Origin: Cyanobacteria bacterium P01_A01_bin.123
GTDB lineage: Bacteria > Cyanobacteriota > Cyanobacteriia > Phormidesmidales > Phormidesmidaceae
Direction of reading: 5' to 3'
DNA: 64,000 nucleotides
NCBI GenBank assembly: GCA_039815185.1
Contig: JBCBZT010000004.1
Coordinates: 1-64,000 of the forward strand
A program made the position numbers and the translations under genes. Shown here in pieces: positions 20,551 through 29,643 of the stretch. Below the pieces are notes generated by a model that saw only the letters and a list, made by a program, of their open reading frames with translations, did no database searches and had not been told where the DNA came from. Position 1 is the stretch's first letter, and the number at the start of each line of letters is the position of its first letter.

Positions 20551-21579
20551 ATGGTGCTGTCTCGCCGTCAACTCTTACAGATGTCCAGTTATGGGGGATT
20601 GGGTTTAATCACCAGCAACCTTTTGAGTCAGCCAAGGCAAGCGCGGGCAGGTATGAGCGCTGAAATGCCACTCATTATGCAGCTCGATTGGAAGTTCAAT
20701 GTGCAGTTTGCTGGGCTGCTGCTGGCAGACGGCGCTGGGCTTTATGCCGATAATGATGTTGCCATCGAGCTGTTGCCTTGGGCGTCTGGCATCGTCGTCC
20801 CTGAGGTGGTGGCTGCTGATCCCAGAGTGATGGGCTGTGCTGAGCAAAATCTGATCTTAGAAGCGCAGGCGGCTGGGGCACCGATCAAGGCTTTGGCGAC
20901 GATGTTTCAGGCATCTCCGCTCGGGTTAATGACCTTACCCAATGCTGAGATTGCAGACTTGGAAGATCTCATCGGGAAGAAGGTCGGGATGCATGTAGAC
21001 GGCTTAGCCGTCATGGAACTCGTACAAGGGGTCAGTGGTTTTGCCCCTGATGCTATCGAGGTGATTGAAATCCCCTATGAGAATAAGTTTGATCGATTGC
21101 TCTCAGGGGAATTAGCCGCAATCCAGTGTTATGCCGTGGATGAACCCATCGGATTTGAGAGTTTGCATGGGTTTGTCCCTAAGGTGCTGAATTTGGCTGA
21201 CTATGGCTATGAAGCCTATGCCCAGGTAATCGTGGCCCACAACGAACTGATCGAATCCGCACCCGAGCAGATCAGCCGGTTCTTGCAAGGGACATTTGGC
21301 GGATGGTCGATGGTGCTTGAAGACATCCCTGCTGCGGCTGAACAGGTGGTGGCGAACTATGTCGAACCGGGCAGCAAGTACGAGGATGTGGCCTATCAGA
21401 CTCAATCTCTAGCGTTGATTGCAGAGTACATGTTGCTAGGCATTGAACCTGAAGCGTTGGGGACGATTGACCGCGATCGCTGGATGCGGATGGCACAACG
21501 ATTTGAAGCGTATGGGATCATTGAGATAGCTCCCAATCAAGAAGATTCCTTAGCATCTGGATTTTGGCCAGCAGTATGA
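20551..21579 (+). CDS. ABC substrate-binding protein, NMT1/THI5-like, Tat signal
   Basis: SRRQLL; MQLDWKFNVQFAG; ATMFQASP. Confidence 0.85.
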   Translation: MVLSRRQLLQMSSYGGLGLITSNLLSQPRQARAGMSAEMPLIMQLDWKFNVQFAGLLLADGAGLYADNDVAIELLPWASGIVVPEVVAADPRVMGCAEQNLILEAQAAGAPIKALATMFQASPLGLMTLPNAEIADLEDLIGKKVGMHVDGLAVMELVQGVSGFAPDAIEVIEIPYENKFDRLLSGELAAIQCYAVDEPIGFESLHGFVPKVLNLADYGYEAYAQVIVAHNELIESAPEQISRFLQGTFGGWSMVLEDIPAAAEQVVANYVEPGSKYEDVAYQTQSLALIAEYMLLGIEPEALGTIDRDRWMRMAQRFEAYGIIEIAPNQEDSLASGFWPAV

Positions 21580-21704
21580 GCTGACGTCAATGCTGGATAA
21601 AGTGAGTGATTGACTCTGAATAACCTCAAGGGTGGGTAGCTGCTGCGTGCACCCTTAGAACTTAGCGATCGCATTGATATCAAGCGGCTAAATCAGGTTC
21701 TGAT

Positions 21705-21808
21705 GTAGCCGGAGCTACAAAGCTTTGTGTGCTATGTCGAGCCAGATTGCTTGTGTGTTGAGAATCCCAGCGATACTCGATGCATTAAGCAATCTGGCCA
21801 GCGCTATA
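21705..21808 (+). repeat. ~100-bp dispersed hairpin repeat, copy B
   Basis: GTAGCC...AAAGCTTTGTG...GCCAGATTGCT...AGCAATCTGGC; homologous to copies A and C. Confidence 0.8.
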
Positions 21809-21832
21809 CTACGCGTTACGTTAGTCGGCGGT

Positions 21833-22114
21833 TTAGCAAGCCGATTGAGTTTGCAAATCAGTTGATAGATGGTTTTTCAGGAAAGGCAGAACTAACAGCG
21901 TGTTACCCTGCCTGCCCACAACACTAACGAGTGTGTTAGGCCCAACCATCGACTGAGTGTTCGGATAATAAAAACGAGCCCGCCAACGGGTATAGGCAAA
22001 CTCTACTCGGCCAGGTCTTTCAGCAGTGATTAGGTTAACAGCTTTGCCAATTTCAGCCTGTTCGAATAACTCAATGGGCAAGGGAGCAAATAGATCAAAG
22101 GATTCTTCAAACAT
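21833..22114 (-). CDS. Soluble NfeD-like OB-fold protein
   Basis: PGRVEFAYTRWRAR...VSVVGRQGNTLLV. Confidence 0.85.
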   Translation of the reverse strand: MFEESFDLFAPLPIELFEQAEIGKAVNLITAERPGRVEFAYTRWRARFYYPNTQSMVGPNTLVSVVGRQGNTLLVLPFLKNHLSTDLQTQSAC

Positions 22115-22182
22115 GATGTAGTTGTCTCCTGGAGCGGGATAGCTCCACTATTCCACTCAAGTTTTAGAGTTGACTCCCATAC

Positions 22183-22325
22183 TTAGGCTTACTTTCCCCG
22201 ATTTAGGCTTACTTTGTGCAACCTCAAACAATTACCCCCCCTCTTTCATATCCTAATCAGTTGTCAAACTGACTTAGTCACCCTCAAATTTTCTTGACAA
22301 CTTGACTACCTTTGTGAGTTGACAA
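22183..22325. promoter_or_regulatory. Direct and inverted repeats in the nfeD/NACHT divergent promoter
   Basis: TTAGGCTTACTTT at 22183 and 22203; GTTGTCAA 22260 / TTGACAAC 22294; TTGACAA again near 22319. Confidence 0.55.
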
Positions 22326-22384
22326 TCCCAATCTTTTCATTAAGTATAAATAAAGCATCAGGGTATCAGCTTCAGGACGCATCA

Positions 22385-24709
22385 ATGCAACTACTACCAA
22401 GGGATTTTCTGTCTAAAGTAGCCAGAGAGTATGAACTGACTGCACTTGAAGAAGAAGCTTTTGTCGCTCGATTCAATAGCGACATTACCGATCAAGTTCT
22501 AATTAAAAACCTTAATATTACACTCTCTGCTTTCCGCACCCGTATGAGTAACGTCTATCGAAAGCTGGGCTATTCAGGGGGTGGGCCTGGGAAACAGCAT
22601 CGAGTCTCATATTTTTTGATTGACAAACATCGCAAAGAGAACCCTTCAATCCCCGTCAAGATTAATGACGAGGACATTGACAAACTCGTGGAAGAAATCC
22701 ATGAAAAAATAAAACCAGGCATTCAACATATGTGTGGCTGGATGCGTGTCCTTGATATGAATCAACCGATTGAATTGGCAAATATCTATACTGATGTCAA
22801 CATCTTAGAGAAGGTTTCTAGAACCCAGAACTTAGAGATCTCAGATTTAATGCGAGAGTTTGATCCAGAATCAAAGGATTTTGATCGATTAGGTCTGAGC
22901 AGAAAAAGTGTAGAAAGGGTGTCTGGTATTGAGCTGGTTAAAAACTGCTCTAAACTCATGATTTTGGGCAAGCCTGGATCTGGCAAGACGACTTTTCTAA
23001 AACACATTGCTAACCAATGCAATAATCGTAAGCTTTTTTCTAACTTAGTTCCTGTATTTATATCCCTCAGGAATTTCTCTGATCCCGGCAATAGCTTTAG
23101 TTTGCTTGAATACCTGATTGCATGGTTTGAAAAATTTGGCATTCAAGATTTTGAGGTTGATTCCTTACTTCAGAAAAATCGAATTCTTTTGCTTCTAGAT
23201 GGTTTGGATGAAGTCAACGAAGAGCGCTTTAAGTATACTTTAAGGCAAGTTCGAGAATTTACAGACAAGAATTTTGAAAATCACTTCATAATCACGTGTC
23301 GATTGGGTGCTCAAGACTATGTTTTTGAAAAATTTACAGAGGTAGAAATTTCTGATTTTAATGATGAACAGATATCTTCGTTTGTTCATAATTGGTTTGG
23401 CTATAAAGGAGTTGCTGAAAAAGCAGACAGATTTTTGGACAAAATCCAAAAAAATACCCCGATCAAAGATCTGGCTAGCAATCCATTGCTACTCACGCTC
23501 TTATGTTTAGTCTTTGAGGATAGAACGGACTTCCCTTTGAATCGGGCCGAAATTTATGAGCAAGGTTTAAGCACACTGCTGCGAAAATGGGACGCTAGTC
23601 GCGACATTGAAAGGGATTGGGTTTACAAAGAACTCTCTGCCCATCGAAAAGAAGATTTGTTGAGTCAAATAGCCATTCGTTCATTTGGCAAAAGCGAATA
23701 TTTTTTTAAGGAGAAAGTGCTAGAAAACTATATCGCGGACTATATCATTAACTTGCCAAACGGGCGAAACAAAAGGTTCGTCCGCGAATCTGATCTCAAT
23801 AGTAAAGGGGTCTTAAAGGCGATTGAATATCAACATGGTTTATTTGTGGAGAGAGCCAGGGGAATTTATTCCTTTTCTCATCTGACCTTTCAAGAGTATT
23901 TTACGGCAAGGGCAATTATTGCAGACGGCGGTTCCGAAAGATTTGACGAGCTGGTCAACGAAATCTTTCATAAACGTTGGCGTGAAGTATTTCTGTTGGC
24001 TGTCAGTATGGCTCAAAATGCAGATAAGATTTTCTCTTTGATGAAGCAGAAGATTGATGCTCACCTGTCGATAGATCAATATGTTCAGGGCTTTTTAGAG
24101 TGGGTTGAGCAAAAGTCTGCTACTGTAAAGTCGCCACCACCAGCACATCTCGTTAGAGTTTTTTATTTTACCCATGGTTCTAGTGGACATAGCCCACCTG
24201 TTATCCAGGAAGGTTTGAATTTTGATCTGGACTATGATGAGAATTTGATTTTGATACTGACATTGGCTGACTTGATATCTCAAAATTTTGACCAAGTTGA
24301 CTCTTTCTCGCTGTTTAAAAAGCGTGATCAAGTCCGGACAAAAATCATGGGATGTTTTCAAAGCTTGAAAAATGTATTGGATCGATCAATTGACTCATCA
24401 CCCAATGCGGCGCTCAAAGCAAAACTGCAAGATCTCGCGAGTGATCTTCCTTATGCAAAAGATCTACAAGATTGGTGGTATCGAGATTCTAAAATCTGGA
24501 TAGAAGAATTAAGGTCTGCGTTGGTTGAGTATCGAAATATTGGTCATGACTGGCATTTTACAGATGCGCAGATTTCAGCACTCCAGAAATACTATGATGC
24601 CAATAAAACACTAATGGATTGTCTCAATAGCGATTGTTATGTCAGTCGTAGCCTACGGAAACGGATTCAGAATACTCTATTTTTACCTGTCGCCAAAAGT
24701 CCCCATTGA
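22385..24709 (+). CDS. HTH-NACHT NTPase with cyanobacterial C-terminal helical domain
   Basis: N-terminal RTRMSNVYRKLG HTH; GKPGSGKTT; LLLDGLDEV; NPLLL; FSHLTFQEYF; C-terminal YYDANK.LMDCLNS. Confidence 0.9.
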   Translation: MQLLPRDFLSKVAREYELTALEEEAFVARFNSDITDQVLIKNLNITLSAFRTRMSNVYRKLGYSGGGPGKQHRVSYFLIDKHRKENPSIPVKINDEDIDKLVEEIHEKIKPGIQHMCGWMRVLDMNQPIELANIYTDVNILEKVSRTQNLEISDLMREFDPESKDFDRLGLSRKSVERVSGIELVKNCSKLMILGKPGSGKTTFLKHIANQCNNRKLFSNLVPVFISLRNFSDPGNSFSLLEYLIAWFEKFGIQDFEVDSLLQKNRILLLLDGLDEVNEERFKYTLRQVREFTDKNFENHFIITCRLGAQDYVFEKFTEVEISDFNDEQISSFVHNWFGYKGVAEKADRFLDKIQKNTPIKDLASNPLLLTLLCLVFEDRTDFPLNRAEIYEQGLSTLLRKWDASRDIERDWVYKELSAHRKEDLLSQIAIRSFGKSEYFFKEKVLENYIADYIINLPNGRNKRFVRESDLNSKGVLKAIEYQHGLFVERARGIYSFSHLTFQEYFTARAIIADGGSERFDELVNEIFHKRWREVFLLAVSMAQNADKIFSLMKQKIDAHLSIDQYVQGFLEWVEQKSATVKSPPPAHLVRVFYFTHGSSGHSPPVIQEGLNFDLDYDENLILILTLADLISQNFDQVDSFSLFKKRDQVRTKIMGCFQSLKNVLDRSIDSSPNAALKAKLQDLASDLPYAKDLQDWWYRDSKIWIEELRSALVEYRNIGHDWHFTDAQISALQKYYDANKTLMDCLNSDCYVSRSLRKRIQNTLFLPVAKSPH

Positions 24710-24941
24710 CGAGCGACAGAGTATAGCTTGAGTCACACTGCTGAATAGACTTATCGGGGTATTGTTTGCCCTGACTTGCGCTACTACAGCAGTAGGGGCC
24801 CCCTCATCGAGGGCATCCAAACGATCTTCCAACCCTTGTTGTCAATCTGCCAATGGGAAAATTGGCTACCTGTCTGAGACAACCCCAGCTGCTTTGTAAT
24901 TTGATGGTAGTGTCTCATCCAAATCGGGATAGGTAGGGGTT

Positions 24942-27167
24942 ATGGTTTCTCCTGATGACCTTGGTGAAATTGTCGAGCGGATTGCCCAGGGCAGAGAAAC
25001 TGGTGGCGATCGCGACCTGTTGCAGCAATTGCTACAGGGAACACAAGGACAAAACGTGGTGCAGCTGGGCAAGTTCACAGTCAACTTGGGTCAGGGGCGA
25101 GATATTCATGTGGGCGATCGCATTTATCAAGGTACCGATGCAGACACGATTAAAGCTGCCTTGCAAGCCTTGCTCCAGGCGCAGTCTACGCCTAAAACAA
25201 CCCTAACCCCCCAGGAATACCGAAATCGGCAAGCGTTGCTCAGTAAGGTTAAAAACTTCTGGGTCAAGGGGGTACTGGAAACGTCGTTGCATCATCAGGT
25301 GGTGATGCAACTGGGCCTGGAAGATCGATCAAACGGGGTAGCGGCTCCCTGGAATTTGGGGTTGGCCGCGGTGGAACAGACTCAAACCGCACTGCCTGAA
25401 AAGACCCGTGTAATTGACCTATTTGATCAACTGGGAATCGGACGAACACTGCTGATTTTGGGTGAACCAGGGGCGGGTAAAACCATCACGCTACTGCAAG
25501 TGGCCCGCGAGTTAGTGGCCCGAGCTGAGCAAGACGTGGCTCGCCTGATTCCGGTGGTGTTTAATCTATCCACTTGGCGCAGCCAACTCAGCATTGCCGA
25601 CTGGCTAGTGGCAGAGCTGAACACGAAATATCAGGTGCCCAAGGCGATCGCCCAACCGTGGGTACAACAGCAACAGCTTCTACTCCTCCTAGATGGTTTG
25701 GATGAAGTGCGGGCTGACTACCGGGAGGCCTGTGTGATTGCGCTGAATCAGTTTCAGCAAACCCACGGTACAGAGATGGTGGTGTGCAGCCGCATCAAAG
25801 ACTATGAGGCGCTGTCACAACGGTTGGCGCTGCAACAGGCGGTCTATGTGCGATCGCTGCAACCCGCCCAAATCGATCAGTATCTAAGCGATCTGAATGG
25901 CGATCTGGCTGGCCTTAGGCAACTGCTGGAGGCAGACGGGGCTTTGCAAGACCTGGCGCGATCGCCCCTAATGCTGAACATTATGGTGTTGGCCTATGAG
26001 GGGATTTCTCCTGAGGATTTGCCGCAAATGGGGGTGGAGGCCCATCGGCAGCGGGTCTTCAATACCTACATTGACCGCATGCTCAGGCGACGGGGAGCAA
26101 ATCAACGCTACTCACCCGAACAAACGGTGCGCTGGTTGAGCTGGTTGGCTCAGCAGTTGGTGGCTTCTTCTCAAACGATTTTTCTGATTGAGTGGCTCGA
26201 TCGGGGTTGGTTGCAAATGGCTTGGCAACGCTGGCTATACATTGCTTTGAGTTCACTGATTGTGGGGCTAGCGTTTGGGTTAGTTATTGCTCTCAGTGTG
26301 GGATTTGGCCCGAACTGGCGCTTGATTGGCCTAATGGTTTGGGGGCTCTACACTCTGCCGAATATGCTGATGGCATGGATTACGCTGCGGATTGAACAAA
26401 TGCAACCCAGTCCAAGGCAGGGGTTTTTGCAACGGTTAATCGGTAGTCTCTGGACGGCATTACTGGGAGGGGAACTTTTTGGCATCGTTGCGGGTATTGC
26501 CAGAACGCCCCAAGTAGGTTGGTCTGTTGCCCTATGGACTGTTTTGGTGGTGGGGATTTTGGACTGGCAACTGGGTGGCATTGTGGGCTTGAGTTTTCTC
26601 AAACCGATAGAAGCCTTGAGATGGTCTTGGAAGAGCGTTAGACAATATTTGATCATGGGCTTAATTGGCTCTGCACCCTTGGGTTGGCTATTGGGTGGTG
26701 CTGGCGTTCTGGGCCAGAGCAGGATAGAGGGCATGCTCTTTGCCATGTTTGGAGGAGCTGTTTTTGGTCTGTTAACCGGGCTTCGGGCCGGGACTGAGAT
26801 TGAAACCCGCACAACCCCGAATCAGGGAATCTGGCGATCTGCAAAAACATCAGCGATAGTCGCACTCACGGTCTCAACGAGCTTTGCACTGGTGATTCAT
26901 TTGTTGGATCAGTGGTTACTGATTTCGCCAGATTGGGGGGTATTTTATGGGCTATTTATTGGACTGTTGATGGGGGGGCCTGCTTGCATTGTCCATTTTA
27001 GTGTGCGGACGGTGTTTTATCTGGGCAATGCGATTCCGTGGAACTATGCGCGGTTTTTAGATTATGGGGTGGATCGGATCTTTTTGCAGAAGGTGGGTGG
27101 GGGCTATATTTTCATCCATCGTTCGCTGATGGAACATTTTGCGGGGATGGCGAAGTGGCCCCATTAG
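24942..27167 (+). CDS. NACHT NTPase with N-terminal EAD10-like segment and C-terminal multi-TM region
   Basis: GEPGAGKT; LLLDGLDEV; SPLML; several TM helices; FLQKVGGGYIFIHRSLMEHF. Confidence 0.9.
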   Translation: MVSPDDLGEIVERIAQGRETGGDRDLLQQLLQGTQGQNVVQLGKFTVNLGQGRDIHVGDRIYQGTDADTIKAALQALLQAQSTPKTTLTPQEYRNRQALLSKVKNFWVKGVLETSLHHQVVMQLGLEDRSNGVAAPWNLGLAAVEQTQTALPEKTRVIDLFDQLGIGRTLLILGEPGAGKTITLLQVARELVARAEQDVARLIPVVFNLSTWRSQLSIADWLVAELNTKYQVPKAIAQPWVQQQQLLLLLDGLDEVRADYREACVIALNQFQQTHGTEMVVCSRIKDYEALSQRLALQQAVYVRSLQPAQIDQYLSDLNGDLAGLRQLLEADGALQDLARSPLMLNIMVLAYEGISPEDLPQMGVEAHRQRVFNTYIDRMLRRRGANQRYSPEQTVRWLSWLAQQLVASSQTIFLIEWLDRGWLQMAWQRWLYIALSSLIVGLAFGLVIALSVGFGPNWRLIGLMVWGLYTLPNMLMAWITLRIEQMQPSPRQGFLQRLIGSLWTALLGGELFGIVAGIARTPQVGWSVALWTVLVVGILDWQLGGIVGLSFLKPIEALRWSWKSVRQYLIMGLIGSAPLGWLLGGAGVLGQSRIEGMLFAMFGGAVFGLLTGLRAGTEIETRTTPNQGIWRSAKTSAIVALTVSTSFALVIHLLDQWLLISPDWGVFYGLFIGLLMGGPACIVHFSVRTVFYLGNAIPWNYARFLDYGVDRIFLQKVGGGYIFIHRSLMEHFAGMAKWPH

Positions 27168-27347
27168 GACGTCGCAAAGCAAATCTAGCAGGATATCCCA
27201 GTCTTTACATGTTGCCCCAGAGGAACGCGATCGCATTAAAATAGTTCATGCGAACTAATCAAAAGTGCTCAAGTCGAGTATTCTGTCCGGAGGCTATGTT
27301 GGTGCATCGAAGAGTGATGAGTTGATTCATGAAACAGCCGCCCCATC

Positions 27348-27515
27348 ATGGGACCATTCGACCAACTTCAAGAAGATTTCGATAAACAACGGGAGCGGGG
27401 GTGCGAACCATCACCCAAGGCTGAGAAGTTTGTCGAAGACTACAGCGATCGTGTTGAAGCTGAAAAACAAGCGCTGAAAGACCGTCAGGCGCAAGAGCGT
27501 CGAGAACGACAATAG
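27348..27515 (+). CDS. 55-aa micro-protein (paralogue 1)
   Basis: Manual translation MGPFDQLQEDFDKQRERGCEPSPKAEKFVEDYSDRVEAEKQALKDRQAQERRERQ; aligns without gaps to the next ORF. Confidence 0.7.
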   Translation: MGPFDQLQEDFDKQRERGCEPSPKAEKFVEDYSDRVEAEKQALKDRQAQERRERQ

Positions 27516-27602
27516 GGCGTGACGGAAATCTCACAAAAATGTTCCGGGTAGGGGAATTCACTTAGGTAAACGTTAGCGTCGTTCAAAAGATGAATGATTG
27601 CT

Positions 27603-27791
27603 ATGTCACCTTACGATCAAGTGGATCGAGATATCCAAAGTTTGATACGTCAAGGGTGCACTCAGAAAGAAGCTTTTCAGAAATTGAAAGCTAGCTATTC
27701 CGATAAGAGCAAAGAAGGAGCTGAAAAACTTAAACGCCTTCAAGAACTTGAAAGAAAATTGAGGGAACAAGGCCAGAAGCGGAAAAAATAA
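27603..27791 (+). CDS. 62-aa micro-protein (paralogue 2)
   Basis: MSPYDQVDRDIQSLIRQGCTQKEAFQKLKASYSDK...; 17/55 identities to paralogue 1. Confidence 0.7.
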   Translation: MSPYDQVDRDIQSLIRQGCTQKEAFQKLKASYSDKSKEGAEKLKRLQELERKLREQGQKRKK

Positions 27792-27798
27792 CCTCACT

Positions 27799-28803
27799 TT
27801 AGTGAGAGTCTATGAATGGCAAGCGTTCAATCAAATAGTCAAGGCATGTTTCAATAGCATCAACAGTCTCGCTGCCAAGTCGTAGCGGGATGCTTTTTTT
27901 GATTGCTAAGAATGCAGCTTCGTATTGCTCAATATCCAATTCAAAGGGAATATCAGGCGAGTCTAGAATGTCATAGGTTCCCCAGTAGAGGCAAAAGCTA
28001 ATCTGCTCTAAAAACTGTTTTAGTGAGAATTGGAAATCATCAATCTTTTGTACTGACAAATCGAGATCTGGAAACTGTTTAAGAGCTTGCTTGCAGGCGT
28101 ATTTCCTCAACGAGTTTATGCTTGTGTCAATCCAGGCCGCGCCAGGGCGACTAGCTTCCAGGCGATTGATAAACTTCTCCAAGTTTTGATTCTCTACCTT
28201 GCGGCACTCAAGTGCCTCTGGGGACAGCTGGGCGCGGGCATCTTCTATGAATGCTTCGCCATCAATCTGCAAGTCCTTTAGCTGCTGACGCATGTCATCA
28301 ATAGCTGATTGAATCAGGCGATCGCCTTGAACAACAATCTCCTGAAGTTCCCGATTTAAATTGTGAAAGGTGTGAAGCTGCTGTTTGAGATGGTTTAGTT
28401 CTTGCTGCTGAGTCTCGGAAAAACAGCCAGCGTTGAAGATTTCCTCGATGATATCCAATCTGGCATTGATCGTTTCTAGAGTGGTTGGATCTAAAGCAAT
28501 CCTGGTAAGCGGTAAATTGTCGGAACTGGTAACACTATTGCTATCAGCTGTTAAATGGGTATGTGGTCCTTGAAGTTTGGTAAGTTCTTGGACAATGGCA
28601 CGAATTTCCTTAATAGACGCACCGTTGTGGCGATCGCCAATATGAACATTAGTCCCTTTACCAACAGAAACATTAAACTTGCCAGGCTGCGAAGCATCTT
28701 GACTTGCGCTTTGCTTTAGCAGTCGGCTAAGTAATTGAATTTCGTTGTCGGTGAGTGTCCCAGCACGGAGACGCTCGATGATGTCACCCTGATCTTCAGG
28801 CAT
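27799..28803 (-). CDS. EAD10-like N-terminal segment + coiled-coil/helical domain of unknown function
   Basis: From ATG28803: DIIERLRAGTLTDNEIQLLSRLL...GKFNVSVGKGTNVHIGD, homologous to the NACHT N-terminus at 24942. Confidence 0.75.
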   Translation of the reverse strand: MPEDQGDIIERLRAGTLTDNEIQLLSRLLKQSASQDASQPGKFNVSVGKGTNVHIGDRHNGASIKEIRAIVQELTKLQGPHTHLTADSNSVTSSDNLPLTRIALDPTTLETINARLDIIEEIFNAGCFSETQQQELNHLKQQLHTFHNLNRELQEIVVQGDRLIQSAIDDMRQQLKDLQIDGEAFIEDARAQLSPEALECRKVENQNLEKFINRLEASRPGAAWIDTSINSLRKYACKQALKQFPDLDLSVQKIDDFQFSLKQFLEQISFCLYWGTYDILDSPDIPFELDIEQYEAAFLAIKKSIPLRLGSETVDAIETCLDYLIERLPFIDSH

Positions 28804-29045
28804 TGCAGATACGGGTATCAGAACCTGAGAGTTGACACGAGCATAACCCAGGTACTCGCCCAAAGCCCACTTCATCGAGACGTGGGACAATAATTTGCAA
28901 ACTTTCCGCCGGATTCTGGCGTTCAAACCCTTAGAAGCTGCCTATTTCTCCGGTCATGGATTTGGAGCATAGAATGAAAGTAACTGCCTGGGTTTGCGTA
29001 ACTTCTCCTCTGACGCTCAAGTACTCTCTTCTTCCTCTGCTCCCA

Positions 29046-29618
29046 ATGGTTCAGCTCAAACAGCGGTTTCAAAGCTTTGAAGAGTACCTGTCTTACGACG
29101 ACGGGACAGATAACATCTACGAGCTTTTCAACGGAGAATTGATTGCAGTGCCGCCTGAATCTGGTTTCAACGTTGAGATTGCCAACTGCCTATTTGCAAC
29201 CTTATTGCCCATCGTGGGCTACCGCCGTATCAGAGGGCATGGCCTAGAACTGGAAGTACGCGGTGAACCGAGGAATCGTTTTCCAGACTTAACCGTGATC
29301 CGAGAGGAACATGTTGAACTTTTGAAGCAGCGCAATACTATTCGATTGTCGATGAGGCCGCCTGTATTGGTGATTGAAGTAGTGAGTCCAGGGGAATTAC
29401 AGCGTAACCGCGATTATGTCGCCAAGCGAACGCAGTATCAGGATCTAGGCGTGCCGGAATATTGGATTATTGATCCGCAAGCGAAGACAATTTTGACGCT
29501 AGTGTTGGTCGATGGTGTGTACACCGAATTTGAGACTTTTAGCGGAGATGCAGCCATCCGCTCTGCTCAGTTGGGATTGCTGAATGCAACTGCTGCTGAA
29601 GTTTTTGCAGGCACATAA
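29046..29618 (+). CDS. Uma2-family endonuclease
   Basis: RFPDL; LVIEVVSPG; KRTQYQDLGVPEYWIIDP. Confidence 0.92.
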   Translation: MVQLKQRFQSFEEYLSYDDGTDNIYELFNGELIAVPPESGFNVEIANCLFATLLPIVGYRRIRGHGLELEVRGEPRNRFPDLTVIREEHVELLKQRNTIRLSMRPPVLVIEVVSPGELQRNRDYVAKRTQYQDLGVPEYWIIDPQAKTILTLVLVDGVYTEFETFSGDAAIRSAQLGLLNATAAEVFAGT

Positions 29619-29643
29619 CTGGCCAATTGACGGCTGTTGAAAG

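Noticed and set aside
21727..21927. ORF 21727 and N-terminus of ORF 32837 as a paralogous protein family
   Set aside because: The similarity is translation of the non-coding ~100-bp repeat; the second gene likely starts at 32936.
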